The notes under the pieces were generated by a model. It made no database searches. It worked only from the letters and a program-made list of their open reading frames with translations, and was not told where the DNA came from. A program made the position numbers and the translations under genes. Positions 37,501 through 44,872 of a DNA stretch of 64,000 bases are shown here, in pieces (within the stretch, counting starts at the first letter, position 1; the number at the start of each line of letters is the position of its first letter). The stretch comes from Lachnospiraceae bacterium (GTDB lineage Bacteria > Bacillota > Clostridia > Lachnospirales > Lachnospiraceae): assembly GCA_015056795.1 (NCBI GenBank), contig SVFO01000016.1, positions 11,131 to 75,130 on the forward strand. The letters are read 5' to 3'.

Positions 37501-37528
37501 ATTATAACACAACTTCTTTAAATGTCAA
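37501..37528 (-). promoter_or_regulatory. Consensus sigma-A-type promoter for the dynamin-like gene
   Basis: Minus strand reads TTGACA (37528-23), 16-nt spacer, TGtTATAAT (37509-01), about 90 nt upstream of the start codon. Confidence 0.65.
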
Positions 37529-37625
37529 AAGAAAGACGAAAGTGTTTTTAGGATTTCGACCATGATTCTGTATATATGAGCACAGGAGGTAAAAATGTCG
37601 CGAATGAACGAAAAAGAAATAATGA

Positions 37626-37654
37626 TTGTAGGAATACAATTTTAGTGATATAAT
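37626..37654 (+). promoter_or_regulatory. Candidate extended -10 promoter for ricT
   Basis: TTGTAG, 17-nt spacer to TATAAT (TGaTATAAT spans 37646-54). Confidence 0.45.
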
Positions 37655-37743
37655 AGAGTCGTTATAGTATGGAGAAATCCGAGTTTCACGTGTGGTTGAT
37701 AGATTGTCAGAAAGGAAGTGCCATGAGGCACGAGGGAAAAGAA

Positions 37744-39312
37744 ATGGTAAGAGTAGTTGGAGTAAGATTTCGGACGGCGGGCAAGATTTATTTTTTTGAC
37801 CCGCTTGATTTTTCGATAAAACGCGGGGAGAACGTCATTGTGGAGACCGCGAGGGGCATTGAATTTGGAACGGTAGTCTCTGACATCCGCGAGGTGGACG
37901 AGGCAAACGTCGTGCAGCCCCTAAAGCCGATCCTGCGCATCGCTAATCAGAGAGACAAGGAGCAGGAGGCCGGAAACAAGGTGAAGGAAAAGGAAGCCTT
38001 CAAGATCTGCCTCGAAAAGATCCGCAAGCACGGGCTGGAGATGAAGCTGATTGATGCGGAGTACACCTTTGACAACAACAAGGTGCTCTTTTATTTCACG
38101 GCGGATGGACGTATTGATTTCCGTGAGCTGGTAAAGGATTTGGCAGCCGTGTTTAAGACCAGAATTGAGCTGCGTCAGATCGGCGTCCGCGACGAGACGA
38201 AGATAATGGGCGGCATTGGCATCTGCGGCAGACCGCTTTGCTGCCACAGCTATCTTTCTGATTTCATTGCCGTGTCGATTAAGATGGCAAAGGAACAGAA
38301 CCTGTCCTTAAATCCCACGAAGATTTCGGGAGTTTGTGGCAGGCTGATGTGCTGTCTGAAGAATGAAGAGGACACCTATGAGGAGCTGAATCGGAGACTT
38401 CCGAACGTGGGAGATACTGTAGTCATGCTGGATGGAATGAAGGGTGAGGTTCACAGCGTGAACGTCCTTCGCCAGAAGGTCAAGGTGCTCATCGAGTCGG
38501 GTGACGATAAGGAAATCAAGGAATTTGACGTAGGACAGCTGAAGTTCCATAAGCATCACGGGAAGAAGGGACAGCAGAATGTTTCTCCCGAGGAGCTGAA
38601 GGAGCTGGAGAAGCTCGAGAAGGAAGAGGAAGAAGAGATCGAGGCAGCGGGCGCGGCTGAAAAGGAAGCAGGAACGCTGGTAGAAAAGGGTCAGCGCCAT
38701 GGAAAAGGAGGCGAGGGCCGCAGGGCGCGCCAGGATAGGGGCGAGCGCCAGGAGAGAGTCGACCGTCAGGAAAGAGGCGAGCGTCAGGAGAGAGGCGAAC
38801 GTCAGGAAAGAGGCGAACGTCAGGAAAGAGTCGACCGCCAGGAAAGAGGCGAGCGTCAGGAAAGAGGCGAGCGTCAGGAAAGAGTCGACCGTCAGGAGAG
38901 AGGCGAACGTCAGGACAGAGTCGAGCGCCAGGAGAGAGGCGAGCGCCAAGGAAAGGGTGATCGCCAGGACAGAGGCCGTCAGGGAGGAGACCGTCAGGGA
39001 AAGCAGAATGACGGACAGAAGAACCAGGGTAAACCTCGTCAGGAAAAATGGGATAAGAACCGCGGTAATGAAGGCGGCGAGGAGAGACAAAAGAACCATC
39101 ATAACAGGCAGGATCGCGGTCAGCAAAAGGAGCAGGGAGACCGTCAGGGAAGAAACGAGGAGCGTCAGGGAAGGCCTGAGGGAGAAGGTGGCCAAGAGGG
39201 CGGAAGAAATCGCGGCCGTGGGAACCGTCCCTTCAGAAACCGTAATCGTGACAGGGACGGCGATGCCAAGGGCGGCGATGCCAAGGGCGGTCAAGGCGGC
39301 GCAAAAGAATAA
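37744..39312 (+). CDS. ricT: PSP1-domain protein RicT/YaaT with long Arg/Gln/Glu/Gly-rich C-terminal tail
   Basis: MVRVVGVRFRTAGKIYFFDP... matches the family N-terminus. Cys cluster GICGRPLCCHSY...CGRLMCCL. ATG at 37744 follows GAGGGA. The ORF-track start at 37669 lies only 15 nt from the -10 box. Confidence 0.85.
   Translation: MVRVVGVRFRTAGKIYFFDPLDFSIKRGENVIVETARGIEFGTVVSDIREVDEANVVQPLKPILRIANQRDKEQEAGNKVKEKEAFKICLEKIRKHGLEMKLIDAEYTFDNNKVLFYFTADGRIDFRELVKDLAAVFKTRIELRQIGVRDETKIMGGIGICGRPLCCHSYLSDFIAVSIKMAKEQNLSLNPTKISGVCGRLMCCLKNEEDTYEELNRRLPNVGDTVVMLDGMKGEVHSVNVLRQKVKVLIESGDDKEIKEFDVGQLKFHKHHGKKGQQNVSPEELKELEKLEKEEEEEIEAAGAAEKEAGTLVEKGQRHGKGGEGRRARQDRGERQERVDRQERGERQERGERQERGERQERVDRQERGERQERGERQERVDRQERGERQDRVERQERGERQGKGDRQDRGRQGGDRQGKQNDGQKNQGKPRQEKWDKNRGNEGGEERQKNHHNRQDRGQQKEQGDRQGRNEERQGRPEGEGGQEGGRNRGRGNRPFRNRNRDRDGDAKGGDAKGGQGGAKE
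38740..38973 (+). repeat. 18-nt (hexapeptide [G/V][E/D]RQ[E/D]R) in-frame tandem repeat, 13 copies, inside ricT
   Basis: GGCGAGCGTCAGGAAAGA-type units give GERQER VDRQER GERQER ... . Confidence 0.9.
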
Positions 39313-39333
39313 GCAATACCTAGGAGACGGTAG

Positions 39334-40077
39334 ATGTCAGGGGAAAGTAAACTGAAAGAGAAAGAGAGACTGGATGACCTGCAGCTTTCAGGGCTTCAGA
39401 TCATTCAGGATCCCGATAAGTTCTGCTTTGGCATGGACGCGGTTTTGCTCTCCGGTTTTGTGAAAGCAAGGCGGGGAGACGAGCTTTTGGACCTTGGGAC
39501 GGGCACGGGAATTTTGCCGCTCCTTTTGTCGGCAAAGACGGAGTGTGGCCATCTGACAGGTCTGGAGATCCAGGAGGAGAGCGCGGACATGGCGAGAAGG
39601 AGCGTGGCGCTCAATCACCTGGAGGAGAAAATCTCCATTGTAACCGGTGACTTGAAGGAAGCAGGCACAATCTTTGCGCCTGCCTCTTTTGATTGTATTA
39701 CCTGCAATCCGCCATACATGATCGGCAATCACGGCATCCAAAATCCGGAGGCACCGAAGGCCATTGCAAGGCATGAAATTCTTTGTACCTTTGAGGATGT
39801 TGCGGCAGCGGCGGAAAAGCTCCTAAAGAGCGGCGGAAAATTCTTTTTGGTGCATCGGCCGTTTCGTCTGGCAGAGATTATCGTGACGCTGACAAGGCAC
39901 AGGCTCGAGCCCAAGCGCATGAGACTGGTATACCCCTTCGCGGACAAGGAGCCCAACATGGTGCTGATCGAGGCCGTGCGGGGCGGGAATTCCCGCATGA
40001 CGGTGGAAGCACCATTGATTTTGTTCGAAGCGCCAGGGATCTATTCACAGGAGATTCAGCGAGATTTCGGGTATTAA
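39334..40077 (+). CDS. SAM-dependent N6-adenine methyltransferase, YabB/TrmN6-like
   Basis: LDLGTGTGILPL SAM motif and CNPPY catalytic motif. Position between ricT and rsmI as in Bacillus yabB. Confidence 0.8.
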   Translation: MSGESKLKEKERLDDLQLSGLQIIQDPDKFCFGMDAVLLSGFVKARRGDELLDLGTGTGILPLLLSAKTECGHLTGLEIQEESADMARRSVALNHLEEKISIVTGDLKEAGTIFAPASFDCITCNPPYMIGNHGIQNPEAPKAIARHEILCTFEDVAAAAEKLLKSGGKFFLVHRPFRLAEIIVTLTRHRLEPKRMRLVYPFADKEPNMVLIEAVRGGNSRMTVEAPLILFEAPGIYSQEIQRDFGY

Positions 40078-40191
40078 CTACAGGATGGATAGCAGCAATG
40101 CTGGTGGGAAAACGATAAACAATAGTGCTTGTGAGAAACGATAAGTTGGTTGGAATATGGATATGATCCTGAGAATTCATTGAGGGACGAT

Positions 40192-41046
40192 ATGGCTGGG
40201 ACATTATATTTGTGCGCGACTCCCATTGGAAATCTGGGGGACATGACGCCGAGGGTCGTGGAGACGCTAAAGACCGTGGATTTGATTGCCGCGGAGGATA
40301 CGAGAAACAGCATCAAGCTTTTAAATCATTTTGAGATTCATACGCCCATGACTGCATATCATGAATTTAATAAGGTCGAGAAGGCGAAGGAACTCGTGCT
40401 AAAGCTTCTTGAGGGCACGAACGTCGCGCTGATTACGGATGCGGGCACTCCCGCCATTTCCGACCCGGGTGAGGTTTTGGTGCAGTATTGTCAGGAGGCA
40501 GGCGTGCCCGTGACGAGTCTTCCCGGCGCAGCGGCCTGCATTACGGCGCTGACGCTCTCGGGCCTGTCCACCAGACGCTTTTGCTTTGAGGGCTTTCTGC
40601 CGACGGAAAAGGCGGACAAGAAGGAGCGGCGTGCCATCCTTGAGGAGCTTAAGGGCGAGAGCCGCACCATGATCCTCTATGAAGCGCCCCATCATCTCAA
40701 GGCAACGCTGGAGGATCTGTATGAAGCGCTCGGAGACCGCCGGATTACCCTTTGCCGCGAGCTCACAAAGAAATTTGAGACCATCCTTCCGACGACCCTG
40801 GCTGAAGCGAACGCCATGTATGAGAAGGAAGAGCCGCGAGGCGAATATGTTCTTGTCATCGAGGGCAGGAGCCGCGAAGAAAAGATGCGGGAGGAGCAGG
40901 CCTCCTGGGAAAGCCTATCGATTGAGGAGCACGTGGCACATTACGAGGCTCAGGGCATAGACCACAAGGAAGCCATGAAGCTTGCCGCAAAGGACCGCGG
41001 CATCTCTAAACGCGACGTCTACGCCCACCTGCATGCTTCCAACTAA
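40192..41046 (+). CDS. rsmI: 16S rRNA (cytidine1402-2'-O)-methyltransferase
   Basis: GTLYLCATPIGNLGDMTPR, AEDTR, ITDAGTPAISDPG and LYEAPHH motifs. Confidence 0.9.
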   Translation: MAGTLYLCATPIGNLGDMTPRVVETLKTVDLIAAEDTRNSIKLLNHFEIHTPMTAYHEFNKVEKAKELVLKLLEGTNVALITDAGTPAISDPGEVLVQYCQEAGVPVTSLPGAAACITALTLSGLSTRRFCFEGFLPTEKADKKERRAILEELKGESRTMILYEAPHHLKATLEDLYEALGDRRITLCRELTKKFETILPTTLAEANAMYEKEEPRGEYVLVIEGRSREEKMREEQASWESLSIEEHVAHYEAQGIDHKEAMKLAAKDRGISKRDVYAHLHASN

Positions 41047-41104
41047 GCGTAAAAATATACAACCTTGCTTTGCAATAATCTCAATAGGATGTTTCGGACT
41101 GCCT

Positions 41105-41203
41105 TTAAGTTAAGCTTTTCATATCCTCGAGGGGAAGGTTTGGATTGTCTTTCTGGGTCTAAAGTCTACCAGAAAGACAATCCTAACCTAGCCCCGAGTT
41201 CTT
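41105..41203. repeat. Structured repeat element, copy B (stem 41137-41156 / 41169-41188)
   Basis: Aligns end to end with 10807-10904. Lies about 60 nt after the rsmI stop. Confidence 0.75.
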
Positions 41204-41224
41204 AAGGAAAAAAGGAGAAACAGT

Positions 41225-41401
41225 ATGGCTGCAAGTTGCGAATATTGCTGTTATTTTACGTATGACGAAGAGACGGAGGAGTATGTCTGCGACGTCAACA
41301 TGGATGAGGATGATTACGGAAGGCTCATGAGCAATGGCTTCCGGGAATGCCCGTATTTTAAGGACGGGGATGAATATAAGGTGGTTCGCCACCAGATGTA
41401 A
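41225..41401 (+). CDS. Small (58 aa) acidic Cys-rich protein, not in the ORF track (<60 aa)
   Basis: AAGGAGA SD is 7 nt before the ATG. MAASCEYCCYFTYDEETEEYVCDVNMDEDDYGRLMSNGFRECPYFKDGDEYKVVRHQM. Cys spacing suggests a small metal-binding fold. Confidence 0.6.
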   Translation: MAASCEYCCYFTYDEETEEYVCDVNMDEDDYGRLMSNGFRECPYFKDGDEYKVVRHQM

Positions 41402-41425
41402 ATTGGTACAAGAAGGAACAAAGCA

Positions 41426-42172
41426 TTGGAAAAGAAGATCTCATTTGCATATAAATGCATCAAGGCAAGCGTGCGGTTTTTCTATCCAAAGACGTCGGTT
41501 TATGGAGCGGAGAACCTGCCGGAGGGGCCCTGTATCGTTGTAGGGAATCACTCTCAGGCCAACGGCCCTATCGCAGTGGAGCTATATTTTCCAGGGAAGC
41601 ATGCGACCTGGACCATCGGGGAAATGATGGATCGAAAGACGGTTCCAGCGTATGCCTATCAAGATTTTTGGTCAAAAAAGCCCAAGGGGATTCGCTGGTT
41701 TTATAAGATTGTTGCGCATCTCATCGGTCCTCTTTCGGAATGTGTGTTTAATAATGCGGACACGATTCCTGTTTATAAGGACCGCAGGATTCTCGAAACC
41801 TTTCAGAAATCCGTGGATGCGATGAAGGAGGGAACTCGGGTGGTCATCTTTCCCGAGCAATATGACGAGTATAACAATATCGTGCACCAGTTCCAGCAAG
41901 GCTTTGTGGACGTGGCGAAGCGATATTACCGTGAGACGAAGGAGGAGATTTCCTTTGTACCCCTGTATGTCTGCCCGGCCCTAAAGCGGCTGGTGATCGG
42001 TAAGCCGATCTATTACAATCATGAGGCAAAGATCAAGGATGAGCAACTTCGGATCACGGAATATCTGATGGATGAAATCTCGGAGATGGCCTATGCGCTC
42101 CCAAGGCACAGGGTCGTGCCCTATCCGAACGTCTCGAAGAAGGAATATCCGGAGAACGTCAGAGAATCATAA
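41426..42172 (+). CDS. Lysophospholipid (PlsC-type) acyltransferase-like protein
   Basis: N-terminal hydrophobic segment, VGNHSQANGP at the HX4D position, and a FPE block (VVIFPEQ) typical of AGPAT-family proteins. Confidence 0.65.
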   Translation: MEKKISFAYKCIKASVRFFYPKTSVYGAENLPEGPCIVVGNHSQANGPIAVELYFPGKHATWTIGEMMDRKTVPAYAYQDFWSKKPKGIRWFYKIVAHLIGPLSECVFNNADTIPVYKDRRILETFQKSVDAMKEGTRVVIFPEQYDEYNNIVHQFQQGFVDVAKRYYRETKEEISFVPLYVCPALKRLVIGKPIYYNHEAKIKDEQLRITEYLMDEISEMAYALPRHRVVPYPNVSKKEYPENVRES

Positions 42173-42201
42173 CATTAACAAAAATTAGGCGGTAGAAAGC
42201 A

Positions 42202-42918
42202 TTGAACATAAAAAAACCTGAGGTGGATTACCTCAAATTCCGATTTTCAAAAATAAATAATCCCGAATATAAGCATTTATGGCTTTTACTAGGATGGGTT
42301 TGGTATTTGATCATGTACTTCCTTACGGAGAATCTGATTTCGCCGGAACAATGCCATGAGGTGCATAGCGTTGTCGATGATATTATACCGTTCAATGCGA
42401 ATTTTATCCTGGCCTATTGTTCCTGGTATTTCTTGCTTGTGGGGTCAATTTTGTATTTCATGCTTTATGACATAAAAAGCTTTGTCAGATTACAGAAATT
42501 TATCATCGCAACGCAGGTGATCGGCATTGGAACCTGCATTCTCTGGCCGTCCATCCAATATCTTCGACCGGCAGAGCCCACGGGAAATGCGTTTTGCGTG
42601 TTCCTCGTAAAATGCATATACGGCGTGGATACGCCGACGGGCGTTTGTCCGTCACTCCACGTGGGATATTCGATGGGAATTCTTTCCGCATGGTTGAAGA
42701 GAGAGGAGTCCAAACCCTGGTGGAAAGCCGTGATTACAATTTGGGTGCTACTCATTAGCATTTCCGTTTGCTTTGTAAAACAGCATTCCTTTACCGACGT
42801 ATGGGTGGCGGGAGTGATGTGTGCGCTGATCGAAATAGTACTGTTTCGGAAATATTGGATGGAGAAGATCTTTGCGGCAAAAAGGCAGCAGGCCTCTGAC
42901 AAGCTGGCGGAGAGCTAA
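42202..42918 (+). CDS. PAP2_C / sphingomyelin-synthase-like membrane phosphotransferase family protein
   Basis: 6 TM helices. CPSLHVGYS and KQHSFTDVWVAGV motifs (S-x-H ... H-x3-D). Confidence 0.6.
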   Translation: MNIKKPEVDYLKFRFSKINNPEYKHLWLLLGWVWYLIMYFLTENLISPEQCHEVHSVVDDIIPFNANFILAYCSWYFLLVGSILYFMLYDIKSFVRLQKFIIATQVIGIGTCILWPSIQYLRPAEPTGNAFCVFLVKCIYGVDTPTGVCPSLHVGYSMGILSAWLKREESKPWWKAVITIWVLLISISVCFVKQHSFTDVWVAGVMCALIEIVLFRKYWMEKIFAAKRQQASDKLAES

Positions 42919-42979
42919 GGCACGGGTCTGGAAAAAAGCAGAAGGCGGAGATCATTTGCGGAGTGGAAAGGGTGAACAT

Positions 42980-43831
42980 ATGGCAAAAAGAAGATGGGGT
43001 GACAGAAGAGACGGAAAACTCATTCGGGACATTGACGGCATGCATTACGTGATGCCTTTGATGTATCCAAACCGTTGCGATAATGAAGCCTTTATGACCA
43101 TGCACATACATCTGGATAAGACGGAGGAATATATCAGGCAATGGAATCAAGAGCATCCTGAGGAGAATTTGTCTCTCTTTCAGGTAGTGATTGCGGCGAC
43201 GCTGAAAACCATCTGGCATCGTCCGCAGATGAATCGCTTTATCGCGAACAAAAACATGTATCAGCGCAACGAAGTGACGGCAGCCTTTACCGTAAAGAAG
43301 ACCTTTTCGGACGAGGGGGATGAGACTCTGGCGCGGATCGTTGCAAAGAAGGACGATACCTTGCAGAGCCTAAATAAGCAGATTCAGGAGCAAATTATGC
43401 TCTGCAAAACCAGTACGGATGCCTCCACGGACGCCATGGAGATCATTAAGAAAATTCCCGGCAAGCATCTGATTGGCGTCATTGCGAGATTCCTTGACCG
43501 GCATGGCTGGATGCCGCAAAGCGTGATTGCAACGGATCCCTATCAGTGCTCCGTCGTGCTTTCAAATCTCGGATCCATCGGCATGAACATAGGCTATCAC
43601 CACCTGATGAACTGGGGGACGACGTCGATTTTTGTCGTGATCGGAAAAAAGCGAAAGAAACCCCGCTATCATCAGGATGGTCAGGTCAGCTTTGTGAAGG
43701 AACTGGATATTTCCTTTACCATTGACGAGAGAATTTCGGACGGCTTTTATTATGCAAGAACCTTGAAGCTATTGAAAAAATTGGTGGAAAATCCTGAACT
43801 TTTGGAGCTTCCCATGGAACAAGAGGTTTAA
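42980..43831 (+). CDS. Stand-alone 2-oxoacid-dehydrogenase E2/CAT-type acyltransferase catalytic-domain protein
   Basis: C-terminal ...SFTIDERISDGFYYARTLKLLKKLVENPELL mirrors the E2 DHRxxDG...P..L block. No lipoyl or E3-binding domains. Confidence 0.7.
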   Translation: MAKRRWGDRRDGKLIRDIDGMHYVMPLMYPNRCDNEAFMTMHIHLDKTEEYIRQWNQEHPEENLSLFQVVIAATLKTIWHRPQMNRFIANKNMYQRNEVTAAFTVKKTFSDEGDETLARIVAKKDDTLQSLNKQIQEQIMLCKTSTDASTDAMEIIKKIPGKHLIGVIARFLDRHGWMPQSVIATDPYQCSVVLSNLGSIGMNIGYHHLMNWGTTSIFVVIGKKRKKPRYHQDGQVSFVKELDISFTIDERISDGFYYARTLKLLKKLVENPELLELPMEQEV

Positions 43832-43888
43832 GCCGTTCGGTGGCAGGTAACAGTAAAGACACGGAATTTTGGCAAGGAGGAGTATGAC

Positions 43889-44872
43889 ATGTTTTGTGTA
43901 GAATGTGGCAAAGAACTTCCTGACGAAGCAATATTTTGTGACAACTGTGGGACTCGCATTCAGCAGGAAAAAGCAGACGAGTACGAGACAAAAAAGAAAG
44001 AAGAAAACGGACAAAAAGAAAGCCCAAACGTGGCGCGGATAATGGAACAGTTAGCTTCGACGCAGCCAGGTGAAGTGGCGCTGGATGCCTTCGGAAATCT
44101 GACGGGAGAAGCATCCGAATTGACATCCAAAGCCGCTGCGCCCGCCCTGGAAATCGTGGGTCCGTTCATGACCTTACTTCGCGGGGTGAAATCCTTCGCG
44201 CAAGGTTTTCTTGGCATGATCAAAAACAAACAATGGATCAAACTGGCATTGGCCATCCTGCTTGCGGCAGGATGGCTTGTTTTGATGATTCTGTCCTACA
44301 ACGAGACGGAAATAGATTTCCTGAACTGGCTGACCTTTGCTCAGGGAGGCATGGGGCGAAGTGTTGTCGGATGGCTTGGCGGGTTGCTTGGAAAAACGAC
44401 CGTGGCGGCCATGCTGTTCTCCTTATTTGGAGGGGGCTTTAAATCCCTGGGAAGCGGCGTGAAGTCGCTTTTTAGAAAAACCAATTTTCAGAAAAACATG
44501 TTGGGCTCGCTGATGCTTGGCGCAGGCTTTGCGTTGATCGCCTATCAGGCCTTTGCGGGAGACGCAAGCCTTACGGACACCATGTCTGCCATCTCTGGCG
44601 CACTGCTTTCCGTCATGGCATTGGGACGTTGTAACGGATTCCTTTGGAGCATGGCGCAGTCCATAACCGCGAGAAAGACAGGGAAAATGCGTACTGCCCA
44701 AAAGGAAAAGCTTCAGGGCATGCTCACCGGCATGACCTTTGGTTTTACGTTGGGCGCACTTGTCACCTTCATTCCATTTGGATGGCTTCCCGTCATTCTC
44801 GGAGGTGTCCTCCTTGTCACAGGAATTGTTTTGACCCTTGTTTTTGGAAAAGCAAAGGAGGTGGCCGCATGA
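43889..44872 (+). CDS. Zinc-ribbon (CxxC-x10-CxxC) N-terminal domain fused to a Gly-rich multi-pass membrane domain
   Basis: MFCVECGKELPDEAIFCDNCG. At least 5 hydrophobic Gly-rich helices. AAGGAGG SD upstream. Confidence 0.7.
   Translation: MFCVECGKELPDEAIFCDNCGTRIQQEKADEYETKKKEENGQKESPNVARIMEQLASTQPGEVALDAFGNLTGEASELTSKAAAPALEIVGPFMTLLRGVKSFAQGFLGMIKNKQWIKLALAILLAAGWLVLMILSYNETEIDFLNWLTFAQGGMGRSVVGWLGGLLGKTTVAAMLFSLFGGGFKSLGSGVKSLFRKTNFQKNMLGSLMLGAGFALIAYQAFAGDASLTDTMSAISGALLSVMALGRCNGFLWSMAQSITARKTGKMRTAQKEKLQGMLTGMTFGFTLGALVTFIPFGWLPVILGGVLLVTGIVLTLVFGKAKEVAA

Noticed and set aside
37595-37645. 16-codon ORF with AGGAGG SD in the dynamin/ricT intergenic region
   Set aside because: The SD is good, but the ORF overlaps the predicted ricT -35/-10 region and is too short to evaluate. 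Not reported as a gene.
38308-39294. 328-aa ORF on the minus strand opposite the ricT tail
   Set aside because: It is entirely antisense to the 18-nt repeat/low-complexity region and gives a Leu/Ser/Thr-repeat product with no SD. This is an artefact of stop-free repetitive sequence.
44644-44868. Upstream 75-codon extension of the giant ORF in the ORF track
   Set aside because: The extension overlaps the 3' end of the zinc-ribbon membrane gene in another frame. The ATG at 44869 gives a proper signal peptide and an ATGA coupling junction.
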